Positions 12,401-24,400 of a stretch of 64,000 nt of DNA are shown one piece after another. The notes under the pieces were generated by a model that saw only the letters and a program-made list of their open reading frames with translations, was not told the DNA's origin and made no database searches. Source of the stretch: Amphiscolops sp. MND2022. Lineage: Eukaryota. Position 1 is the stretch's first letter. Each line of letters opens with the position of its first letter. A program made the translations under genes and the position numbers. The DNA is taken from contig OZ076409.1 of NCBI GenBank assembly GCA_964187785.1, forward strand, positions 80,850,001 to 80,914,000, in the 5' to 3' direction.

Positions 12401-15400
12401 TTCAGTAACTCCTGGTTGGCTCATGTAAAACTTTGTGATATAGTTGAATCATTAAACACGATGTAATCAGAGATGGACTCTAATGTGTATTTCAAAATCC
12501 AAATGATCGCTTTGATCAGTCGTGTGGTGATGACCCAGTCTGGAATATTCAGTCTTGGATTTTTCTGGACGTCGGACGCTTTTCTGGCTCTTATTAACCG
12601 TGTAGTTTCTCGGGTGATTAGTGCGAAAAACTTGTTGCACATAGCAGCTTCAGTGTTTGCATGTTTTAGTTCAAATTCCCGCTCTAAGTTTGTGCTTTGA
12701 GACCTAGCATTGCCTACATGTATAATTTAATTTCTCAATTCTTCGTCAACTCCGTTTCAGAGCCGATATCTGCAACAGCAATTACACCATGTGCCCCATG
12801 TGTGACGACTGCGAAGAGTGGTTTTCAGAGAAAAAGTGCCTCTTCTCCTCAATAGGGGCGGCCTTCGACAATGGGTACACCATTTTTTACGCCGCCTTCA
12901 TCTCCATGTGGTCAGTCGTGTTCCTCGAGTTCTGGAAGAGAAGCATCGCCGAAATGGGTGCCCACTGGGAGGTGTACGATTTCGCACCGCTAGAGGTCGA
13001 TGCGTTTCCATATTTAGTTCGCCAATTGAAAAAAATTCTTAGCAACTTCCGGGTTTCCCGACTAGACTGATCAAAGTTGGAACCGGGCCATGATTTTTTA
13101 CCCGAAGCCCGGCCCGAGCCCGTTTCAAAAACCACAGTACGACCCAATATTTCTGAACATTTTTCGAAGCTGACCGAAAACGAATTTGATACCCGAGAGT
13201 AATTTGTAAATGATAATCAGGCATAAGTATCAAGAAAATTCAAAAATCCCACTTTTTGCAACAGAATTCAAACATTCAACATCAGACAGTTTTTTGACAG
13301 ACATCTGGGCTCTACGAACTTTGTAATTGTATAGTGAGAGTCTTGTGCGTGTAATTACCGTGCGTATAAATCTACAGCGAGCAAATGAAAGGAATCAATT
13401 GCGGAAATTATATAGCCCAGTTTAATGTATAAATTTTCAATTTATTCCCCGAATTGTTATACCCGGCCAGAAAAAAATTAAGCTCGAAAAATCCCGGCTA
13501 TAAGCCCGCCCGGCCCGGCCTTCAACATTTAATCACGTGCTTGGTTCCAACGCTGAGGCTGATCATAGTCGGGTGGCCCTGATATGCAATTTATACAATT
13601 AGTTTTGATAAAAGAGAGCTGAAGATAGATCTGACGACTATGTCATGTTTGACATTTTGACTTAAAGATACAGTTCCAGTCAGAAAGAACTCCGTAGAAT
13701 CCTGAAGTGAGTAGCCGACATACACTATATAAATGTCTTAGTATGTCACAGCCACTTTTCCGGAACGATAGCAAACCCACTCGCAGTTCCGGTTGTAAAT
13801 TCCGCTTTAAGTAAATTATGATTGTAGTTACCAACATTTTGTGTGTTATTTTCCGCCCATTTTCTATATGGGAAAGGAAAATTACTGACTGGGCCGCGTT
13901 ATTTTTTTCAAACTTTGCAATGTTCCAATGTCGAACCCAAATTTAAAGGGTTCACCCATAGAAATCAACTGGCATAAACTTAGGTTCGTGTAATATGGTA
14001 TTTGTAACATTTTTTTGACTTTATTGGTGGACCTCAAACTGACCCCCAATATCATCAAGTAGTCAAAAATTTCCATCCTTTTCCGGCCAAAGTTTCCCTG
14101 TTTTAAAGCTTTTCACGCATTTTGGTAAAATTTTAAGTTATGTGGGTTAGAAAATCCATCCAAAAAGTTCCAATACGAAGGGACAAGCTGAAGTAAATCC
14201 TGAAAATTTTGGAAGAAAAAGTGTCTCAAAATGATCACAAAAGAACCTGAAATCTAAATATTTCCTTTTCATTTTTTTTGTGCAAATTTTGTACAATATG
14301 CGACGATTTGCGTGGTTTGGAACAACCAGAAACTTCCAGGCCAAAATAATCAGCATTCCAAAACGCTTTTTTGAAAAGATATACATTAACGATTTTGTTT
14401 TTTTCCGCCCATATTTCATATGGGAAAGGAAAATATTTAAATCAAACGGTTTTTTTACAAAATTTGCCAAGAATTAATTTCACCGAAACTAATTTTAACT
14501 TTATTGGTTTTACCCATAGAATTCAACTCACATAAATTTAGCTTGGTGCGAAATGTATTTGTGGAGATTTCTGGACTTTTTTAGTTGACCCCAAGGACCC
14601 CAGAATGACCCAAAAATGAGAAAATTTGCAAAAATTTCTAATTTTTCTACGTTTCAATGCAATTTTTTGATAGATATCGTGAATTAGAAATTCGAAAACG
14701 TTCAACAAGGCACGAAATCGTTGTCCAGTAGTCTTCTATAGTGAGATAATTGTTGTTTTCCAAATGAAAGAACATTACAGTGGGGTAACCGGCAACGAAA
14801 ATGCAGATTTTACTCGTTGTGCGGCTCGGAAAATGATGGACATGAATGAATGTATGGGCCAAAAATGCCCATTCGTTTCGCAGCCAAAACTGTTGCCTAT
14901 TGATTTCCGAGGAAGCACAAGCTACGTATTGAGTTTCTTTGCAGGAGCGATGGCTTTAATTGCCCATGCATACTCGTTGATGAGAGTAAATTGGGCAAGT
15001 AATTCCATCGCTTGCTCAAAGAATTTCAAGATTTAGATAGATCTGCCACTCGCTTCGGCCAATTCAATACACTGCTTTGACATGGAAGTGTCTCAATATT
15101 TATCTACACATGCAGATTTTCAGTGTTCAGTTTTTGGTTTATCAAATTAATTCAGTTAAAATTAATTTAGTTATCAAATTAAATTCTTAATTTTTTTTGA
15201 CTAAGAAATATCAGCTCAACTATTATTTTCCCAGTATTTTAGGCGGGACAAATAAAATTGGCAATGACGAAAATCTTCGTTCCGAAGCCGATATCTGCAG
15301 GAATATAACCCTAATAATTTTTTCGTTCCGGCCAATCACTGCAAGATTATTATCGTGATAAATTTTAGTTTACTTTATTTTAATACTGTTTAATACTTAA

Positions 15401-18400
15401 CTATTCTTTTCTTTTGTATATAATGGCAATTATGATCGGGCAATTATGATAATTACAAATATTTTGATGTATTATGATGTGTAGGTATATTATGATGTGT
15501 TAGTATGTAATTTTGATGTATTTCATTTTTTTGGAACTTATTAAATCAGTATTCTGTGAATCGTTTTTGTTTTGGGGCAAAAGAACAGTATAGTTGATAT
15601 ATAATACGAGTTTAAGTTTTTTCAATCATAACAAAAAATTGTTTGATAGTTGTACACTTACTACAGAAACAACTTTATTCAACTATTCACCTTGATTGAT
15701 ATATATGGTTGTTTGATATTTATTAATTTAATTGGTATCCTGTGAATCGTCATTGATTTATTTATTGACAATTAATCTAATCATCAAAAATCAGGATTCT
15801 TTGTTTTGGGCAAAAGAACAGTATAGTTGATATATAAAATGAGTTTAGGTTTTTTCAATCATAACAAAACAATTGATTTTTTCATATTTATTAATTGAGT
15901 TGGTATCCTGTGAAACGTCATTGATTTATTTATTGAGAATTGATCAAATGATTGTTCTGATATTCACCATTTTTTCAAAGTGTGAACGTTCTTATCAGTT
16001 GTTAAAGTCAACGCTCCAAGAAGTGGAATGTTACTAAATGTTCAAAGTAATTTCACTTCCATTTTAGTGATTTAAGTGCACAAGTAAATCAGTAAGATTG
16101 TTGTAATACGGGAGCAAAAGTTTATTTGTTTTTCTGTTGATCAAACTACATGTAATCTTGATGAACGAAACCGAATACTCGCTTCTGATTGGACGAAATT
16201 CTTTCGTCGCATATTCCGATGAGGTCATATTGATACTGTGCGTGTAAAAGTTAGTCATTTGTTTTCAATTGTCATTGCCATGTTAAAAACGTTACTTTTA
16301 CGGATCCGGAAGCTGGACATTGAACTAGACGACTTACCGGACCATTTGAAACAGGTTAGAGTTAATCAGTTGATTTATTAACTTTCAGGGTTGGCTTTTT
16401 AATACTTTGGTTTTAATAATTGCTTTCAATATTTTTTCTTGATAAACGTTGGTGATTTCCTAAATAACATAAGAACAAACAACAAAAATAAAATTAGTTT
16501 CAAAACACAAAATTGAAATGAGTTTCACTAAACATACAAATGAATGCAAATAACATAAAAACAAAATTAGTGTCAAAGAACATAAAAATAAAACCGAATA
16601 CCCGGTAAAACGATCGAACTCAGAAAATTTTATCTGTAATTTCCACACTTTTTTCAGTGAATCTTTTGAATTGTGTATGCTTTTGACCACTGATATTTTC
16701 TCATTAACAATTTTATTTTTATGTTTAGTGAAACCCATTTCATTTTAATGTTATTTGAAACTAATTTTGTTTTTATGTTATTTGCTCTTATGTTATTTGG
16801 GAATTCACCGATATTTCTTAGTCAAAAAAAATTAAATATAATGCTTATATAGAAATACACTGTTATTCTAATCTCAAAAGTTTTGCTCATTTGGTTGCCA
16901 GAAATTCGGTTACGGATATCAAAACGTGCCCATGGATTCCCGAGTTTTGGAAGGCCTTGTCGGTTACCCCACTTTAATGTAAATTTGGCAAATTTGTTGT
17001 TTTTTTCAGCCCAAATTTAGGCCAAGCCTTCATCATGATAGAGAAGCCAGTACCGAAGCAGTTCTTCAAGAACACCGCGGCGTTTCGACTGACAGAGATG
17101 AGCCAACCGTCTGTCAGAGTTAGTTTTTAACATGAACTTTTTGAAATCTTACATGTGTCTATGTTTTGACTAATGCCCGCAGTTCATCAACCACTATTTG
17201 AACACATGAATAATAGGAAAACTAAATCCGAATGTTTCACGTTTGACTACGTTGCTGCAGGAAACGAGGAAGTTGAGACCGATGATGAACAAGTCACTCT
17301 CCAGGAGCACATTTTGACTGATAGGGATCAAATCAGCCTCCTCAACGATCCGACCGTCTGCCCCAGTTAGTTCTTTTATATGATTCCTTGAGAGTGTTAA
17401 TCGATATCTGCTTTTTGGAATATCCATTGGCATATTTTGAATTCAAAATTGACAAAGAAAACAAAACCCGAAGATAATATACAGTAGTGATATTATTGAG
17501 AGCATCAAAAGGCAAATCTCAAAATCGAATATCTCTAAAACGGCAGTGGTTTATGAAAACTTATAAAAATAAACGTATTCTAGATTTTTATCTAGTTTAC
17601 AAATATGTTTGTTTGAAGATTTTTTCGAAAATACATGTTTTGGGATGACTTTGAAGTTTTTTTTTCACCTGCCGCAGACTTTGAAGCGGCTTTGTTGCTT
17701 TTAAAAATATCACCACTGTATTTGACTAGATGACAATGACTAATATTCCAACAAAAATTATATAAAAACTGATAAGTTAAAAACAAAGTTCGAGTTTATC
17801 AATGGTTTTACTCGGCATTACCGCCGAAAATTCTATTGTCTTCGGGGTCAATGTAATCAAACATCAGCTGCTCCAGGGGTTCAATTTTCCGCTTTGCAAT
17901 AAGTAGCACGTAACGCGGATTATTTTTCAAGTATGTACATTTCAATTCGACCAGTTTCATGTTACAAGCTGGGTTGGTCTTTCCACCATCAAAGGTACTT
18001 GAGTAATTGCACAATCGAGCAAGGCACCTTCTGCCATCGTTGTGGATGGGGCATATTTCCGAGGTTGCATCAATAATTCTTCCCGGCCTTGTTTTAACCT
18101 CGATGCAGTATTCTGGCTTGCGGTTCTCTGGGTCCAGACTGCAGTAGTAGTCGACGTTGTTCGTGTTTTCTTCTACATGTCCGTGGTAGTCAAAAATAAC
18201 GTCATCCTTGTTATATGGTTTGGTCGCGATTATTCCTCGACCCATTGTAGGATAGACAACATCGCAGACGCCTGGCCAGAATTGGTTTTCGCATCTATCT
18301 TTCAAGTCATCTTGGAAGTAAGGGGTATTGCAAAGTCTCCATTCTAGATTTGGATTGAATGCTTTTTTGCGCGAACTTTGTCGAGATCTTGATACCCCAG

Positions 18401-21400
18401 ACATTCTAGAAGAAGCATCCATGACTCTCTTTACATCTGTGAAGTGGGGCCAGTTGACCAAGTTTGCAAAATCGATTATTCTCTCTCTTTCTTTCGCAGG
18501 GTCAGCTAGTGATGTAGGGTAGTGGCTCTTGTATTCGGCCGCCCTAATATCTGCTCTTTGATGCCTAAGTGCTTGAATTCTTTTTTCGACTACTTTCTTG
18601 ACCGTTCTGTCATCGTAATGTCCGCTGGGCCTCAAATGTTTTTTGACTTCCATCATCAGGTAAGATTCAGACCAAATTTCTTCTTCTGCTGAACATCTTG
18701 AAAGTGTCATCAGTTTGACAGTTCTTTCCAATCTGTCCATTTCACGTTCGGCTGGGTTTCTTTTCAAGTCGGAAAACTAGAACACGCAGATAGTTATTGA
18801 AATAAGCGAAAACTGCAAAAGGAAGATGTTTTTGATATTCCAACTTGTGATTATGTCTTATGGTTACTATCGACTAATACAAATCAAACTGAGTCAAGTA
18901 ATTCTTATCAAACAGTATTTGATTAGTTACCTGTTCAATCCGATTTCTTATGTTCCGCACTTTGAATTGTGTTTTTCCCCAGCTGTTGACAAAGAATGGC
19001 TCCGTCATGACGTAATATGGTGGTATCCCTTGACTGGGTGACTGCATGAACCTTTTTTTCTGGTCGATACCTTCAGGTTTTATGAAGTACGGTCGTACAG
19101 CTTCAAAATATATTAACATTGCTTCTCCAACAATGTGAGGAATTCTGAAGCTGTCCAAGTACCCAGCTTCATCTTCAATTTGCAAGACTAACAAGTCACT
19201 TGAGTTAGAACTTCTATTGTGCTGAATTTGAGGGACCATTTGTAAAACGGCATGAGTTGTAATGCTCAAAATTTTGCGATCTCTACACTTTGGAATAGAA
19301 AATTCAGGAAATAAGCAATGAGGTCCCCAAACAAATTGGTTTTGTCAATGCTGGTTAGAGATTTTGCGAATTTGAATTGCTTCATTATGTCATAAAGGTC
19401 TGACAAGAGTCGCGCTTCAACAGTTGTGCATAATGTTAGGTGCACTGGGGTAATTTCTCGCAAATTTTTCTCATAGTTTTTGGGAACACATCGTTTACTT
19501 TTTGGGCCATGGTTTTCCTCATCATAATGGTTAAGTTTCCGCTTGTTCGCTATCTCCTGTTGGCATCTTTCCATGTTTGCCAAGGTGTCGTTGCAAGAAC
19601 GGCTCAGCTGACTTGCCATGATATCACTCGGAGTTTGGCTCAGCTGACTTGCCGCGATATCACTTGAAGAACGGCTCAGTTGGCTTGCCATGATGTCACT
19701 CGGAGTGTGGCTCGTACTGTCACTTGGGGTGTGGCTCCGTTGATTCGTCGTACTGTCACTCGGTGTGAGGCTCAGTTGATTCGTCGTACTGTCACTTGGA
19801 GTGTGGCTCAGTTGATTCGTCGTACTGTCATTCGGAGTGTGGTTCAGTTGATTTGCAGTGTTGATTAACAGAGGTGTCATTTGATTTGCAGCAAGTTGAG
19901 CTTGTACCATTATCGAGACGTCCGAAGGGCTATCTTCATAATTCACACCTTCTATATTAGAGATTTGTGAAAATATCCTTTGTTCAACTTGGGTGAAACT
20001 TGGCCAGCTTTTAGATGACACACTGGGTGATCCATACAACTGTTGTGTCGAACTAGATTGATCCAAGGGAGTACTCATGTAGTATGCAAAGTTGTTTTCA
20101 TTCGGTTTAAATGGAGTCGAAAATCTTTCAAATGTTTCGTTTGGAGCAACAGAATTTGTCACAGCCGGGCTAGTCCCCAAGACAGTGTAAGAGAGAGATT
20201 TCTCATGTTGAGGAGGGTTCATCGTTATGTAAAAGAGACTGTTTTCTAGCTACTGTTTGGATTGAATGGTGAGTGCTCAATCCTTTCCTTGAGCGATCCA
20301 AATTCGAACTAATTCAAAGACGCTTCGTCAATCAACTGTGGTATATTATAATTAAAGAAAAATGGTGATCTTCGTATTAAATAGTACATATATGATAATT
20401 ATTCATTTCTGATAATGAATTATTTAATTATTGAAAAAAGTAGTACATACCGTTGGTAATAGCTTTGCGGATGTGCTATTTAGATTTGCATGAAGATGAG
20501 CTCATTTAAGGACGCTTTTCAAATCAACTGTGGTGATAATTACCTGATGACGTGCGAACCTTCAATTATCGTTTCAAAATAGGGGATAAAAACCGAAGTA
20601 TGAAATAACGTAAGCTAATTGGCATAAAATGAATTGAACTTTCGCCCATCCGTTTCCGAGTGATGAAAAGCAATGAAAAAGCCATGTATTTCTGCGTTTC
20701 AAATTGCCCATGCGTTTCCAAGTCTTAAATGGCATTATCATTTTGATGATCTGTTCGGATATCTGAAATAGAATTTAAAATGTCGAATTTTTTTCAAACA
20801 TGTTTTTCACCAATACTAATCGGAATATGTGTTTCAGAATGCCGGAGAAAATTCAGCGAAAAAGTTGCGTGCCAGAGGCACATGTACAAAGACTGGGCAC
20901 CAAGGAAGAGACCTGTTGAAGAACACCAGCTGGAGTTCACCTGCATTGCACAAAAAATTTACAGTCGGGCAAATTTTATTTGTCGCTTTTGTGGATGCGG
21001 CGAGAAAGACGGAGGACCGTTCTTTAGCTATCACAGGACCGCTCAACACTCCCTCGGAAGAACTTGCACCCTGAAAGTGTTTGAGTTGCAAAGGGAGGAA
21101 TGGTACCCAGGAAATTTGTTGGAACCAACACCAGAAAACATCGAGGAATTGTGCAAGGAAAGTTCTGCTTACGATTGCCTGAAGCAAAAATACAAATCGT
21201 TTTATCTTAAAGGGGAATCCGCTGTTCTTAAAAAAAGCCCAAAGGCAATGTGCCAGGAGAGTACAGCTAGTCGGAAAAAAGACGGCGGGAGGGGAAAGGT
21301 TATTCCCATCGAATCAAAGACCTGATTAAAATCAAAGGGACCCCAAAGAAGAAGATCGAACACCCACGATGGCAAGCGAGGATGGATTCGAGAAGAAGAA

Positions 21401-24400
21401 GAGAACAGAGAAGGACGTCACGTCGGTACCGTCGAGTTCACATCGAACCAGTTTCTGACAGCGATGAAGAAGCCCTCCAGGAAGAGACCTGTGAGGAAGA
21501 CGAAAGTGAAGAAGAAGTAGCCACACACGTTCGCCAAGGTACAATAAAATCCTATCGTTTTACTTATATCAATTTTTCGACATACCAGTTTGACTACTTG
21601 CCAAACGATTCCACTGATACTTATCGAAAATATTCGAAAAACATCCACAAATCTTCTCAATAACTTTATGATGATTTTGACGATTTTTGTTTCAGATTCC
21701 GACAGCAATGAAGCCCTCCAGGAGGAGACCTATGAGGAAGACGAAAGTGAAGAAGAAGTAGTCACACACTTTCCCCAAGAAGAGAACCGTCAAGAAGACG
21801 AAAGTGAAGAAGAAGTAGCCACACACGTTCGCCAAGGTACAATAAAATCCTATCGTTTTACTCATATCAATTTTTCGACATACCAGTTTGACTACTTGCC
21901 AAACGATTCCACTGATACTTATCGAAAATATTCGAAAAACTACCACAAATCTTCTCAATAACTTTTTAATGAGTTTGACGATTTTTGTTTCAGATTCCGA
22001 CAGCAATGAAGCCCTCCAGGAGGAGACCTATGAGGAAGACGAAAGTGAAGAAGAAGTAGTCACACACTTTCCCCAAGAAGAGAACCGTCAAGAAGACGAA
22101 AGTGAAGAAGAAGTAGCCACACACGTTCGCCAAGGTACAATAAAATCCTATCGTTTTACTCATATCAATTTTTCGACATACCAGTTTGACTACTTGCCAA
22201 ACGATTCCACTGATACTTATCGAAAATATTCGAAAAACATCCACAAATCTTCTCAATAACTTTATGATGATTTTGACGATTTTTGTTTCAGATTCCGACA
22301 GCAATGAAGCCCTCCAGGAGGAGACCTATGAGGAAGACGAAAGTGAAGAAGAAGTAGTCACACACTTTCCCCAAGAAGAGAACCGTCAAGAAGACGAAAG
22401 TGAAGAAGAAGTAGCCACACACGTTCGCCAAGGTACAATAAAATCCTATCGTTTTACTTATATCAATTTTTCGACATACCAGTTTGACTACTTGCCAAAC
22501 GATTTCACTGATACTTATCGAAAATATTCGAAAAACATCCACAAATCTTCTCAATAACTTTATAATGATTTTGACGATTTTTGTTTCAGATTCCGACAGC
22601 AATGGAGAAGCCCTCCAAGAAGAGAACCGTCAAGAAGATGCAAGTGAAAAAGTAGCCACACACGTTCGCCAAGGTATAATAAAATCCTATTGTTTTTCCT
22701 ATATCAATTTTTCTACACCAATTTGTGAACTACTTGTCAAACGATTCCACTGATACTTATCGAAAATATCCGAAAAACATCCAATCTTCTCTAACATTAT
22801 AATGATTTTGACGATTTTTGTTTCAGATTCCGACAGCAATGAAGCTCTCCAAGAAGAGAACCGTCAAGAAGATGAAAGTGAAAAAGTAGCCACACACGTT
22901 CGCCAAGGTACAATAAAATCCTATTGTTTTTCCTATATCAATTTTTCTACACCAATTTGTGAACTACTTGTCAAACGATTCCACTGATACTTATCGAAAA
23001 TATCCGAAAAACATCCAATCTTCTCAATAACTTTATAATGATTTTGACGATTTTTGTTTCAGATTCTGACAGCAATGGAGAAGCCCTCCAAGAAGAGAAC
23101 CGTCAAGAAGATGCAAGTGAAAAAGTAGCCACACACGTTCGCCAAGGTATAATAAAATCCTATTGTTTTTCCTATATCAATTTTTCTACACCAATTTGTG
23201 AACTACTTGTCAAACGATTCCACTGATACTTATCGAAAATATCCGAAAAACATCCAATCTTCTCTAACATTATAATGATTTTGACGATTTTTGTTTCAGA
23301 TTCCGACAGCAATGAAGCTCTCCAAGAAGAGAACCGTCAAGAAGATGAAAGTGAAAAAGTAGCCACACACGTTCGCCAAGGTACAATAAAATCCTATTGT
23401 TTTACCTATATCAATTTTTCTACACCAATTTGACTACTTGTCAAACGATTCCACTGATACTTATCGAAAATATCCGAAAAACATCCAATCTTCTCTAACT
23501 TTATTATGATTTTGACGATTTTTGTTTCAGATTCCGACAGCAATGAAGCCCTCCAAGAAGAGAACCGTCAAGAAGATGAAAGTGAAAAAGTAGCCACACA
23601 CGTTCGCCAAGGTACAATAAAATCCTATTGTTTTACCTATATCATTTTTTCTACACCAATTTGACTACTTGTCAAACGATTCCACTGATACTTATCGAAA
23701 ATATCCGAAAAACATCCAATCTTCTCTAACTTTATTATGATTTTGACGACTTTTGTTTCAGATTCTGACAACGATGAAGAAGCCCTCCAGGAAGAGATCT
23801 GTGAGGAAGACGAAAGTGAAAAAGAAGTAGCCACACACGTTCGCCAAGGTACAATAAAATCCTATTGTTTTACCTATATCATTTTTTCTACACCAATTTG
23901 ACTACTTGTCAAACGATTCCACTGATACTTATCGAAAATATCCGAAAAACATCCAATCTTCTCTAACTTTATTATGATTTTGACGATTTTTGTTTCAGAT
24001 TCTGACAACGATGAAGAAGCCCTCCAGGAAGAGACCTGTGAGGAAGACGAAAGTGAAGAAGAAGTAGCCACACACGTTCGCCAAGGTACAATAAAATCCT
24101 ATCGTTTTACTTATATCAGTTTTTCTACACCAATTTGCCTACTTGTCAAACGATTCCACTGATACTTATCGAGAATATTCGAAAAACATCCACAAATCTC
24201 AATAATTTTATAATGATTTTGACGATTTTTGTTTCAGATTCCGACAGCAATGAAGCCCTTCAGGAAGAGACCTGTGAGGAAGACGAAAGTGAAGAAGAAG
24301 TAGCCACACACGTTCGCCAAGGTACAATAAAATTCAGTTTTCATAAAATATTGTTTCTCAGTTATTTGTTAAAAGAGATGAAAGGTAAAAAGCAAAAAAA

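Noticed and set aside
14773..15084. Minus-strand reading frame running to the left TIR ([10 protein letters not shown]...)
   Set aside because: It contains two in-frame stops and no recognisable motif; the opposite-strand 90-aa ORF is also unsupported.
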